A stretch of DNA of 64,000 nucleotides from an uncultured Chloroflexia bacterium (GTDB lineage: Bacteria; Chloroflexota; Limnocylindria; Limnocylindrales; CSP1-4): the NCBI GenBank assembly GCA_963781705.1, contig CAWAGP010000010.1, positions 392,782-456,781 on the forward strand. Reading direction: 5' to 3'. Positions 27,126 to 37,697 of the stretch are shown here, one piece after another. Under the pieces are notes generated by a model that was not told where the DNA came from, searched no databases, and saw only the letters and a program-made list of their open reading frames with translations. The translations under genes and the position numbers were made by a program. Positions within the stretch are counted from its first letter, which is position 1; each line of letters begins with the position of its first letter.

Positions 27126-28823
27126 TTAGTCGTCGTTAAGGATCGTGCCCACTCCCTGTGCCACGGCGATGGACGCCTTCGTAGCCCTGGACAGGTTGAC
27201 GTAAAGGATCTCGTTCGGCTCCACGATCTTGTCGCTCTTGACGGTGATGACGATCCTGGCGCTGGTCTTGCCTTTCTTGATCGTCAGCGTGCCGTGCCTG
27301 GCGATGTAGTCCGAGCCGGCGGTGGCGGTGCCGTTGGCGGTGGCGTAGTGGACGGTCACCTTGGTGCTCGCCTTGTGCGACAGGGTCACGCGGAAGACGA
27401 GCCTGACTGTCCCATGCCTGCGGCTGCCCTCGCGCACGGAGGCGTTGCCGATCGAGATGGTGGCCCCGGGCTGGGGATCGTTGTCAACGATCGTGCCCAC
27501 GCCCTGGCCATCGGCGATGGCGGCGTTGGACGGGCCGGACAGGTTGACGAAGAACGTCTGGGTCGGCTCATACACGCTGTCGTCGACGATGGGCACGTTG
27601 ATCGTCTTGGACAGGTCGCCCGGGGAAAAGGTGAGCATGCCGCTGGTAGTGGTGTAGTCGGCCGGCGCAGTGGCGGTGTTGTCGGCGGTGGAGTAATTGA
27701 CCGTGACGGTCTGGGCGCTGGCCTCGGAGAGTTTGACCGTGAAGGTCGCCGGGCCGGCGTTCTCGTGGACCGATACGTCGTTGATCGCGAGGGTCAACGG
27801 AGGCAGGCCCAACGTACCCTGAAACTCCGGCTGGGCGAGGATCGCGCGATACGCGGTCAGCGCGTCGGCCGGTGTCGTCAGCCGCCAATCTGCCTGGCCG
27901 GGGGACGTATCGACGTTGAAGTAGACGAGAGCGACGATGTCGGGGTAATTGGCATAGGCAGCCGCGTATCCGGCGCTGATCCAGGCCGCCTTGCTGCCGC
28001 CAACCGGATTGCTGCCCATCTCGGCGACGATGATCGGCTTGTTGAACTTGCGTGCCTTTGTGACCAGGCCTGACAGGATCCTGTTCATGCTGTACCACGG
28101 CTGACCGTGCACGCCGGCCCAGTTGAGCGCCGTGAAGCCCACGTAGTCAACGTACGCAGCTCCCGGATATACAGCCGCGTTGGGCACGTACGGGCTCCAC
28201 AGGAAGCGCACGTTGGTCGCGCCCTCGCCGCCCGGCCCGCGGAATATGTTCCAGATGTGTTGCCAGGCGGCGATGTAATTGGCCGCCGTGTTGCCGTTCC
28301 TGCCTACGCCCCAGGGAAACCAGTTGCATTCCATCTCGTGCGCATAGCGGACCACGACCAGACCGCCGAACGCTTTGGCATCCTGGGCCCACTGCCTGAT
28401 GTAAGCGTCGAAATTGCCGTCGATGATCTTCTGGTTGGTGAAGGTGGAGTCGTTGAGGTTGCCGGTGGTGACCGGTTGCCACCAGATCATCGGAGTGGCG
28501 CCGCGAGCGGCCACCTGTTGGGCGAGGGCCGTCGGGAACGCCGGGTTTGAGCCGCCCCAGTCGTTCCAGATCGTCCACAGCGCCGGGACATGACCGTCCA
28601 CGGACGCGGTGAAGTTGTCCAGCGCGGTGGCGTCCCACGGGATCATCGCCACTCCCAGGGCCACCTTTCGCGCGTTGGCCGCCGGTGTGGCCACCGCTGG
28701 GGCAGAAGGAGGCGCCGCGCTGGCAAGCGCAACCGGGGCGCCGACTGCCGTGCTGCCAGTGCCGAGCACGAGCATGGCGCCGAGCAAGATCACCCGGGCG
28801 GCCCGGATGGACGTTGGTGGCAT
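27126..28823 (-). CDS. Secreted GH26 hydrolase with two C-terminal Calx-beta domains
   Basis: RYAHEME.NWFPW, YPGAAYVDYVG, KPIIVAEMG; two TAxxTATAxxDY..G.LT repeats. Confidence 0.9.
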   Translation of the reverse strand: MPPTSIRAARVILLGAMLVLGTGSTAVGAPVALASAAPPSAPAVATPAANARKVALGVAMIPWDATALDNFTASVDGHVPALWTIWNDWGGSNPAFPTALAQQVAARGATPMIWWQPVTTGNLNDSTFTNQKIIDGNFDAYIRQWAQDAKAFGGLVVVRYAHEMECNWFPWGVGRNGNTAANYIAAWQHIWNIFRGPGGEGATNVRFLWSPYVPNAAVYPGAAYVDYVGFTALNWAGVHGQPWYSMNRILSGLVTKARKFNKPIIVAEMGSNPVGGSKAAWISAGYAAAYANYPDIVALVYFNVDTSPGQADWRLTTPADALTAYRAILAQPEFQGTLGLPPLTLAINDVSVHENAGPATFTVKLSEASAQTVTVNYSTADNTATAPADYTTTSGMLTFSPGDLSKTINVPIVDDSVYEPTQTFFVNLSGPSNAAIADGQGVGTIVDNDPQPGATISIGNASVREGSRRHGTVRLVFRVTLSHKASTKVTVHYATANGTATAGSDYIARHGTLTIKKGKTSARIVITVKSDKIVEPNEILYVNLSRATKASIAVAQGVGTILNDD

Positions 28824-29009
28824 GGAAGGTGACCCCCTTGAGACCGGCCCTGAGCCTGACCGGGCGCCGCCAGTATCTCATTGGTCCGCGTGACCGCGAC
28901 CCCCGCCCTACGATGGCGACGGCTGGTACTAACGGTCAACTGCTCATCGAGGCATGAGGGGAGGGGCGAATACTCGCGCAGAAGCGACTGGTCGCGTTCA
29001 CCGCGGTCC

Positions 29010-30338
29010 GTGTCTGATTTCGGGTGGGGCTTGGCGCTGGTCGCCCTCTACGTCGCCCTGCGCACGGTCGGCGCGCCAGAGCCGCTCATCCTGGCCTGGA
29101 CGATCGCGGCCGTGGCAGCCACGATCGTTTCACCCGTGCTGGGGCTGACCGTCCTGGCCGCGATCGGACCATTCACCGGCGCGGTTGACGACAACGGCCA
29201 GATCACGGCCGTTCCTTTCCTGCTCGCGGCGTTGGGTGCAGGACTCGTGGTGCAGTTCGCGACCACCAGACCGTTGCCCCGCTTTCGCCCGCCGTGGCCC
29301 TTCACCGCGTGGCCGGTAGTCCTCGCCGTCGTGCTGATGATCGGGACGGCCCTTGGTGTTGCGCACAGTTGGCTGAGCTACGGACCAGAGCGGGGCCTGC
29401 AGGCCGCCCAGCTGTGGGTGCCGGGCATCGGCGGGGCGATGACAGTCCTGCTCGCGGCGGTCTGGGTCGCGCGGCGCGGCGAGCTTCGCCCGTTGTACGT
29501 CGTTGTGGTGAGCATCACCCTGGCGGCCCTGCTGGCACTGCTTGATTTCTTCTCGATGGGCCAGGTCAACGCCAGCGCGTTGGGCTGGCTGCTGCACGAT
29601 CAGGTCGACACCAACCGGCTGGGCGGCATCATCCTGGCGCCGGACGCCGCGGCGACGATCTTCCTGGTGGGGGTGTCGGTCAGTGCCGCTGCCGCGCTGC
29701 TCGTCGGGCGGGTGGTCCTGCGGCTGCTGGCACTCGCGGCCGGCCTGGTGACGCTGCTTGCCGTTCTCCTGACCTACAGCCGCTCGGCGCTGATCGTCGT
29801 GGGGCTCGTCGCGCTCATGGTTGGCTGGCGCTGGCGCCGCTGGGTTGGGGTGGCGGCCGTTGCGTCAATCGGCCTCATCGCCGTCGTGGGCCTCACGGTT
29901 CTGATGAATGGCGGGGTGCTGCGCGATGTGCCGGCCGTCGCCGATCAGGCGCGGGTCGACGCGTGGGGCGCCGCCGTGCGCATGTGGCTTGCCGATCCGC
30001 TCCTGGGACAGGGCTTCCGCAGCTTCGAGTGGCTCCACGCGGCCTATGGCAGCCCAGTGCTTGATGCCGCGCACAACGAGTGGCTGCGGCTATTTGCCGA
30101 AGAAGGAACAGTCATTGGGCTCGCCGGTATTGGCTTCGGCCTCGCCACACTGTGGGTCATCTTGCGCGGCAGAACCTGGCTGGCCGCCGGCACCGCCGCG
30201 GCGATGGCCGGACTCATCGTGATGGCCTGCTTCAACAACCCGTTCCTCTATGCGCAGGTGAACATTCCTGCGTTCATCGTGATCGGGACGGGGCTCGGGC
30301 TGGCGCAGCGGGCTGTGGCGCCCAGCGGATACCCATGA
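29010..30338 (+). CDS. O-antigen ligase/polymerase (Wzy_C) family protein
   Basis: Multi-TM; LLTYSRSAL, PLLGQG, AHNEWLRLFAEEG. Confidence 0.87.
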   Translation: MSDFGWGLALVALYVALRTVGAPEPLILAWTIAAVAATIVSPVLGLTVLAAIGPFTGAVDDNGQITAVPFLLAALGAGLVVQFATTRPLPRFRPPWPFTAWPVVLAVVLMIGTALGVAHSWLSYGPERGLQAAQLWVPGIGGAMTVLLAAVWVARRGELRPLYVVVVSITLAALLALLDFFSMGQVNASALGWLLHDQVDTNRLGGIILAPDAAATIFLVGVSVSAAAALLVGRVVLRLLALAAGLVTLLAVLLTYSRSALIVVGLVALMVGWRWRRWVGVAAVASIGLIAVVGLTVLMNGGVLRDVPAVADQARVDAWGAAVRMWLADPLLGQGFRSFEWLHAAYGSPVLDAAHNEWLRLFAEEGTVIGLAGIGFGLATLWVILRGRTWLAAGTAAAMAGLIVMACFNNPFLYAQVNIPAFIVIGTGLGLAQRAVAPSGYP

Positions 30339-31499
30339 GCAGCTTGGAGCGGTCGACTCCGTCGACGTAGCGCTGGATCGTGCGCAGCATCGAGCGGATC
30401 AGCTCGGGGCCCAAGCAGGTTCGGCTCGCAGGCCCAGCTCGAGCAGCTTGGTGTGCTGGGGGTTGTAGTAGTGCTGCTCGGCCTCGACGCGGGGGTTGTC
30501 CGCGTGGACGATGTTCGGTGAGAAGCCCAGCTCAGTCGCGGCGTCGGCCACCTTCGCAGCCAGCTCGTTGACGCTGAACAGCTCGGTGAACTGGTTGTAC
30601 ACGCGCAGCTCGCCGCGGTCGGCCGGATTGCACACGGCCAGTTCGACGCACGCCATGGTGTCGCGGATGTTGAGGTAGCCGCGCGTCTGGCCGCCCCGGC
30701 CGAAGGGCGTGATCGGCTCGCCACACACCGCCTGCACGCAGAAGCGGTTCAAAGCGGTGCCGAATACTTCGTCGTAGTGGAATGCCGTGGCCAGGCGCGG
30801 ATCCAGGGCCGACTCGTCCGTCTCGATGCCGTAGACGACGCCCTGGTTGAGCTCGGTCGCGCGCAGGCCCCAGATGCGGCAGGCGAAGTGGATGTTGTGC
30901 GAGTCGTGCACCTTGGACAGGTGGTACAGCGAGCCGGCCGTCTTGGGATACAGGAACTCGTGGCTGCGGCCGTTGTGCTCGACGCGCAGGTAGCCCTCCT
31001 CGATGTCGATGTTGGGCGTGCCGTACTCGCCCATCGTGCCCAGCTTGATCAGGTGAGCGTCCGGCGCGATGTCACGCAGCGCGAAGAGCACGTTCAGCGT
31101 GCCCACGACATTGTTCGACTGGGTGTAGGTCGCGTGGGCGGCGTCGATCATCGAGTACGGCGCGGACGGCTGTTCGCCGTAGTGGATGACGGCATCGGGC
31201 GCGAAGTCGCGGATGACGCGGGAGACGAAGGAATAGTCGGTAAGATCGCCGACTTCGCAGGCGATCGACCGCCCGCTGATCTCGTGCCAGGCGGCCAGCC
31301 GCTCAGCGAGAGTGCCGACGGGCATCAGCGGTGCTACGCCGAGTTCGCGCTCCCACTCGCGCTTGGCGAAGTTGTCGACCACGCCAACGTCGTGCCCGCG
31401 GGCCGACAGATACATCGCCGTTGGCCAGCCCAGGTAGCCGTCGCCGCCCAGCACCAGCACGCGGCGGCCTTCGCCACTCGTCACCCCTGATGGCTCCAT
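30274..31499 (-). CDS. sqdB: UDP-sulfoquinovose synthase (C-terminal frameshifts near 30410-30430)
   Basis: GGDGYLGWPTA, EQPSAPYSM, KLGTMGEYGTPNIDIEEG, YHLSKVHDSHNI; tail ELIRSMLRTIQRYVDGVD in another frame ending at 30274. Confidence 0.93.
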
Positions 31500-31524
31500 T
31501 CGATCACGTGCATGCTGACCAGTA

Positions 31525-31900
31525 TCAGCCGTCCGATCGTGCGCGGCGCAAGAGGACCATGCGGGCGCTCACGACCGCGATCAACGCGCCGGTGGCGTCG
31601 ATGCCCACGTCCACCGCAGACGGGTCACGTCCGGGGACGAACCCCTGGTGCGCCTCGTCCGTGATCGCGTAGAGGACGGCGATGATCAGCGCCCACACCA
31701 ACGGACGCCGGAGCCCGGTGCCGCTTAAGGCGCGCCAGAGCAGCAGCGCGAGGATGCCGTAGACCCCCATGTGCCCGATCTTGCGGACGATCAAGTCCAG
31801 GGTTGCCTCTGGCAGGAAGCGCAATTCCGGGGTAGCCGAGAACGCGAAGATGACTCCGGCCCAGACGAGGACTGCCGCCCACGCTAAGAGTGACGGCCGG
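31525..31900 (-). CDS. vanZ: VanZ family membrane protein (start uncertain)
   Basis: IFAFSATP, RKIGHMGVYGIL, YAITDEAHQGFVPGRDPSAVDVGID. Confidence 0.87.
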
Positions 31901-31982
31901 TCACTGGGTAAGACGGCCGCGAGTGATACCTTCGCTCAGCGCCCGGGCATTCCACATGCGAGCAGCGTAGAGGAGCGATCGT

Positions 31983-32516
31983 GTGACCGCAGGGGCATGG
32001 TTGGCGACGGAGATCGATGGCGTGATGCGCCGTACGGCCACCGCGCTCGCGGACGAACGGGGCACTTTCACTGAGCTATGGCGGGCGTCGCAAACGCGCG
32101 AGTTGGCCGCAGAACAGTTCGTGCAGGCGAACATGTCGCGGTCACGCCCGGGAGTGCTCCGCGGTATGCATTTCCACTACCGCCAGGCTGACCTGTGGAC
32201 GCTCCTGGGCGGCAAGGCGCTCGCTGCCACGACTGACCTGCGCGCGTTCATGGGCGAGCGCGGCGGGGAGGTTCGCAGCCAGGTGATTCAGCTGAACGCG
32301 GGAGACAGCCTGTATATCCCCCGGCTTGTGGCGCATGGTTTCTGGGCACTGGAGGAAACCGCGCTCCTCTATCTCGTCTCGAACGAGTACGACGGCACGG
32401 ACGAACATGGTTTCCTGTGGAATGACCCGACCGCAGGCATCAACTGGCCGGCCGGCGAACCCATCCTGTCAGCGCGCGACCGGACGAACCCCACCCTGAG
32501 CGAGCTGGCGCGTTGA
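31983..32516 (+). CDS. rfbC: dTDP-4-dehydrorhamnose 3,5-epimerase
   Basis: DERGTFTE, QANMSRSRPGVLRGMHFH, AHGF, WNDP, ILSARD. Confidence 0.93.
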   Translation: MTAGAWLATEIDGVMRRTATALADERGTFTELWRASQTRELAAEQFVQANMSRSRPGVLRGMHFHYRQADLWTLLGGKALAATTDLRAFMGERGGEVRSQVIQLNAGDSLYIPRLVAHGFWALEETALLYLVSNEYDGTDEHGFLWNDPTAGINWPAGEPILSARDRTNPTLSELAR

Positions 32517-33475
32517 TCAGCTAGCTCTGCCCGTGCAGCCTCGACCGAGCGTGGAGATAGACGCCCAGACATCGGCGAGGGTCTGTGCCAAGGGCTCGTC
32601 GCGCGCCAGCCGGTGATCTTGCTCGATGAGCTGAAGCATCGCCGCGGATCTCGGGCGGGTCGTCCTGCTCTGACGAGCGATCGTCAACGACACGGATCCG
32701 CGGCTCGACGCCTGCCAGCCGGCAGAGTTCTTCCAGCGATCCACCGGATAGAAACCGATCGGCCCGAGCAGACGTTGACAGCGACGCCGCCAGTGGCGAT
32801 AGTCGCCAGCGGCAGCGCGTTCAGGAGCAGCCGGTACGTAAGCGTCGACCACGTCGCGGACGTCGCTCATGTCACGCCGGACATCCAGGTTGCCGACGGG
32901 GATATCGATCGATCCGTGCCGGCCGCGAGTGCGAGGACCCTGTGAGCGAGGGCGGGTACCACGAACACCGGCCTCTGTCCGGGACCGGCGTGGTTGAACG
33001 AACGCGTCGTGACGACGACACGCAGTCCGTATCGCGTGCGCGTAGGCGATCGCGACCGACTCCTGCGCCAGCCTTCGACAGGGCGTATGGAGTCGAGGGA
33101 CGCAGCGGACGGTGGTTTCAACGAGGGGCAGGTCGCTCGACGACGGGGTCGCCGTACACATCAGCGGAGCCGGTGACAAGGACCGGCGGCGGCGGGTGCG
33201 CTGGCGCGGGCGGCCTCCATGCACATTGATCGTGCCGGCGACGTGCGTCCGCGAACGCGGTGACCGGGTCGGCCGCGGCGTCGGGCACGAACGAACGCCC
33301 GCGAGGTGGGCGACCGCGTCCGGGCCGCGCGCGCTGACGGCGGCCAGCACGGCAGCGGCGTCGCGCGACGTCGACGCCATCGTGCAGAGCGGATTACTTC
33401 GTGACCGGCATCGTGGAGCGCCGTGGTCAACCAGCGGCCCACAAATCCGCTTGCGCCCGTGATCAGGACGCGCAT
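32517..33475 (-). CDS. GDP-mannose 4,6-dehydratase/Rmd-like NAD-dependent enzyme (many frameshifts)
   Basis: MRVLITGASGFVG, RSFNHAGPGQ...FVVP and VGNLDVRRD.SDVRDVVDAY spread over several frames. Confidence 0.72.
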
Positions 33476-33504
33476 GTTCTCAGGCGTGAGGCAGTACGGG
33501 TCAC

Positions 33505-34397
33505 TCAGTCGAGTCTAGGGCAGAGCTGGTCGAGATAGTCCGACAACGCCGTATGCCAATCGCGCAGACTCACACCCGCTGCGGCCGCCTTCGCGCCATT
33601 GAGCACGCTCCAAGCCGGAGGAGCCGACGCGCGTACGAAATCGCGCCGCGAGATCGGCCGCAGCCGGCGGCCCGGACGGCAGCGATCGAGCACCGCCGTC
33701 GCCCAGTCGTAGCGTGAGGCGACGCCGGCGTTGACCAGGTGGTAGAGACCTCCATCGACGGCTGTCACCAGCTCGAGTAACGCGCGTGCCAGGTCACGGG
33801 TGAACGTGGGCGATCCTGTCTCGTCGGCGACGACTGGAAGCGGTTCCTGGTCGCCATGGCGGTCTGATGCGGCGAGGATCTTCTCCGGGAAATCGTTGCC
33901 GGGCGGGCCGTACAGCCAGGCCGTCCGCACGATCCACAGTCCCGGCATCGTGCCGAAAGCCGTCCAGCGCAGCTTCCTCGCCCGCGAGCTTGCTGGCCCC
34001 GTAAGGGTTGCGCGGTCGAGGTGGATCGGCCTCCGTGTAACCCAAGCCGTCGCTGCGTTCGCCGTCGAACACCTCGTTGGTCGAGATGAGCACCAGCGGA
34101 ACGCCCTGCGCGGCGCAGGCGCTGGACAGTGACGCAACAGCCGTGGCATTGCGGCGCATGGCCAGGGCGGGTTCGCGCGCGCATCCGTCGACGTCCGTCC
34201 ACGCCGCGCAGTGGATGACCAGCGATGGTCGATCGCGAGCCACGAGCCGGCCCGGGTCGGCCGAATCGAGGTCGTACTCCGGCCGGCGCCAGGGGAGTGC
34301 TATCGATCCTTCGCGCTGGCTCAGCTCGGTGAGGAGGGCGGAGCCCAGCCGGCCACCGGCGCCCGGTGACGGCGACACGCTCCAGCAGGGCGGTCAC
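33505..34397 (-). CDS. rfbD: dTDP-4-dehydrorhamnose reductase (frameshifted)
   Basis: VAVTG/AGGRLG, IHCAAWTDVDGCA, ISTNEVFDG, YGASKLAGE, RTAWLYG, GSPT. Confidence 0.88.
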
Positions 34398-35445
34398 GCC
34401 TCGACCGACTTCTCCAGTCTCCAGCCATACTGCCGGCCGTAGTAGTCGGCCCAGTCGGCGTCGCGCGCCGTCCGCCACCAGGGCTCGTTGGCGACATACC
34501 ACGCTACGGTCCGCTTCATGCCTTCATCGAAACCAACGCGCGGCGTCCAGCCCAGCGCGGCGATCTTCGACCCATCCATGGCATAGCGCCGGTCGTGGCC
34601 GGGGCGGTCGGGCACGCTCCGGACGAGCGACCAGGGCTTGTCCAACTGTCTGAGTATGGCGTCGGTCACGTCGCGGTTTGTCCGCTCGTCTGGACCGGGC
34701 ACGTTGTAGATTTCGCCGGCCTGCGCCGCGATCAAGAACCAGCGAAATGGCGTCGGCATGATCGTCCACGAACAGCCAACTGCGGCGCTGCAGTCCGTCG
34801 CCATACAGCGGCAGCCGCTCGTCGCACAGCGCATTGGTGATGAACAGCGAAACGAGCTTCTCGGGGTGTTGGCGCGGGCCGTAGGTGTTCGCGCCACGGG
34901 TGATCACCACATCGAGTCCATGAGTCGCGTGGTAGGCACGCGCCAGGAGTTCACCGGCCGCCTTGGCCGCGCTGTACGGGCTGCGCGGGTCGAGCATGTC
35001 GCTCTCGCGGCTGACACCTTGTGCGACCGAGCCGTAGACCTCGTCGGTCGAGACCTGCACGAACCGGATGGCCTGCCCGTCAGCGCGACGGTCAGTCACT
35101 TCGCGGGCGGCCTCGAGCAGCGTGTGCACGCCAATGACCCCGGTGCGCAGGAACGCCGCGGCGTCAAGGATCGACCGATCGACATGCGACTCGGCAGCGA
35201 AGTTGATGACCGCGTCCTGGTCGACCATCAGCTCGTTGACGAGCGCGGCGTCGGCAATATCACCCTTGACGAACCGGTAGCGGTCGCGCGTCCCGGGCTC
35301 CGAGTCGAGCCCTTCCAGGTTGGCCAGGGTGCCGGCGTAGGTGAGCTTGTCGAGGACGGTGATGTGGTCGTTCGTCTGGCGCGAGCCGGCGGTGAACGAA
35401 CGCGCTGCCGATGAAGCCGGCGCCGCCGGTGACAAGAAGCCTCAC
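34394..35445 (-). CDS. rfbB: dTDP-glucose 4,6-dehydratase (frameshifted)
   Basis: TGGAGFIGS, LDKLTYAG, FAAESHVDRSI, VSTDEVYG, SPYSAAKA, DRPGHDRRYA. Confidence 0.94.
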
Positions 35446-36182
35446 GATGTCGGCGTCAGCGTAGAGGCTGAGGCTGAGGCCATCAGGCTGGCCTGCAGGA
35501 GCGACTCGACCGTCCCGGCATCGGTCCAGTGCCCCTCGTAATGGCGCCAGAACAGGTCGTGCCGCGCGAGGTAGTGGTTGAGCACGTCGGTAATCTCGAA
35601 TTCGCCACGGCCGGATGGCTGGAGATGTTCGATCACTTCGAATGCATCCGGGCGCAGGAAGTAGACGCCGATGGGGATCGAATCGCTCTTGGGCACTTCC
35701 GGCTTCTCCTCGAAGCCCACCAGCTCGCCGGCGGCGTCGAACTCGGCAACACCAAAGCGCTGGGCGTCGGGGACCCGGCAGAGCAGCGTCCCGGCGCCCG
35801 ATCCGCCCGCCTCGAACGCGGCGGCGATGTCGGCCAGCGGCTCGCCCTGCAGGATGTTGTCGCCGAGCACGACGCAGAAGCTGTCGTCACCCACGAAATC
35901 GCGCGCCAGGCCAATGGCATGGGCGATGCCCAGCGAGCCACGCTGGTAGCGATACGCGAGGTCCAGGTCGAAGTCCCGTCCGTCAGACAGCAGTTCGACG
36001 ATGTCGCCCACGCTCCTGCCACCCAGGATGACCATCACCTTGTCGATGCCCATGCCGCGCAGGGTCTGGAGCGGGAAGTAGATCATCGGCCGGTCGTAGA
36101 CCGGCATCAGGTGCTTGTTGGTTACCAGCGTCAGCGGATGCAGTCGAGACCCGGTGCCGCCAGCCAGCAAGACGCCTTTCAC
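35442..36182 (-). CDS. rfbA: Glucose-1-phosphate thymidylyltransferase (short form)
   Basis: LAGGTGSRLHPLT..TNKHL, LGDN, EEKP, SGRGEFEITD, WTDAGT. Confidence 0.93.
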   Translation of the reverse strand: MKGVLLAGGTGSRLHPLTLVTNKHLMPVYDRPMIYFPLQTLRGMGIDKVMVILGGRSVGDIVELLSDGRDFDLDLAYRYQRGSLGIAHAIGLARDFVGDDSFCVVLGDNILQGEPLADIAAAFEAGGSGAGTLLCRVPDAQRFGVAEFDAAGELVGFEEKPEVPKSDSIPIGVYFLRPDAFEVIEHLQPSGRGEFEITDVLNHYLARHDLFWRHYEGHWTDAGTVESLLQASLMASASASTLTPTS

Positions 36183-36189
36183 GCGAGGC

Positions 36190-36210
36190 AGTCTACCGAG
36201 TCGATACGAT
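36190..36210. promoter_or_regulatory. Back-to-back -10 elements (TAGACT on -, TACGAT on +) for divergent leaderless genes
   Basis: Each hexamer lies 7 nt before a start codon (GTG 36182 on -, ATG 36218 on +). Confidence 0.6.
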
Positions 36211-36217
36211 GCCCCGC

Positions 36218-37148
36218 ATGCCAGCTCGACGACGAACAGCCGCGCTACAGCGCCGTCGTCGTCAACTTCCGCCGTTACGACCTGCTGGTGACTTGCGTCG
36301 ACTCTCTGACGGCGTCGTCCAGCCCACCCGCCGAGATCATCGTCGTCGACAACGAGTCCGATGCCAGCGGGCTGGCCGAGTTCACCGCTCGCTATCCGGC
36401 GGCGCAGGTCATCGCCAACAAGACGAATACAGGCTTTGCCTTCGCCTGCAACCAGGGCTGGCGGGCGAGCAGCGCGCCCTTCGTACTATTCATGAATCCG
36501 GACGTGACGGTCGAGCAGGGCTGCCTGCGCGAGTGCCTGGCCGAAATCGGCTCAGCGGCGGACATTGGCGCGCTGACCTGCCGTCTCGTGCTACCTGACG
36601 GCAGACTCGACCATGCCTGCCATCGCGGCATCCCCACCCCGTCTGCCTCGCTGGCCTACAAGCTGCGTCTGAATCGCCTGTTCCCACGGTCGCGGCTGTT
36701 CGGTCGCTACACCATGTCCTGGCTGGATCCTTTGACGGTTCACGATGTTGAGGCCTGCTGTGGCGCGTTCATGCTCGTCCGGCGCAGCGTGCTCGAAACG
36801 GTTGGTGGTTGGGATGAGCACTACTGGTTCTACGGTGAAGATCTCGATCTGTGTGTGCGTATCGGAGGGCTTGGCAAGCGCATCCGATACCTGGGCACGT
36901 CCACGGCCGTCCACCTCAAAGGCGCCTCGAGCCATCTGCGCGAGCGGACGCGCGACCTGGGTCCGCGTGATCGCGCCACGAAGCGAAAAGTGCAGGCCGC
37001 GATCATCGATTCGCATACCCGGTTCTTCCGCCAGCATTTCGAGCGCTCGACGCCGTGGCTGATCGGCGCGCTGATCCGGGCGTCCTTTGCGGCGCAGAGG
37101 GTCCGCCTGAAGATTGCCCTCCGGCTGGACAGCATCCGAGGCCTGTGA
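36218..37148 (+). CDS. GT2 glycosyltransferase (WbbL-like, possible rhamnosyltransferase)
   Basis: VVVNF, VVDNES, NTGFAFACNQG, MNPD, GAFML, FYGEDLDLC; ATG 36218 is one base out of frame (probable indel). Confidence 0.87.
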
Positions 37149-37697
37149 CGCAGTGCGTGGGCTCGATCGCTCGTGCGGACGTGGTGACGACGATCGTCTC
37201 GCTTCCGCTGACCGTCGGGCTGGTCGTCGGCTTCGGCCTGGCAGGGGGTGTCGTTGCCGTGGGCACGGGGTTCGCCGTGCCGACTCGCGGCGCTTCGGCT
37301 GCTCAGCCCGGGTGTCCGCCCGCAGGGCGAGTGGCGGCGCAGCCTGCGCGTGCCTGCCGGCGCACTGCGACCCATCCTGGTCATTGGCTCTGGCGGGGCG
37401 ATCCTGGGCATCGCGACAACGCTTGGAGCTCTCATGGTGCGGGCGGAGATCGTGCGGACGCTGGGATTGGCAACGAGTGGCCTGTATCAGCCCATCGCCG
37501 CCCTGTCCGACACGTACCTGGACGTGGTCGTCGCCGCGACGTCGGTATACCTGTTTCCGCGGCTGACCGACCTCTTGGCCCGTGGCGAGCGGGTCACTGC
37601 TGAGCGCGAGTTGGGCCGTGGTCTGCGCTTGTCGCTCGCCGTCGGCATGCCGGTGATCAGTGACCCAGGAACCAGCCGCGAAGATCGGTTGCGCTGA
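37149..37697 (+). pseudogene. Internal fragment of a Wzx-type flippase
   Basis: VRAEIVRTLGLATSGLYQPIAALSDTYLDVVVAATSVYLFPRL; both ends missing. Confidence 0.6.

Noticed and set aside
35529-36217. N-terminal extension of the 539-aa GT2 ORF
   Set aside because: Antisense to rfbA; GT2 motifs begin only after 36218.
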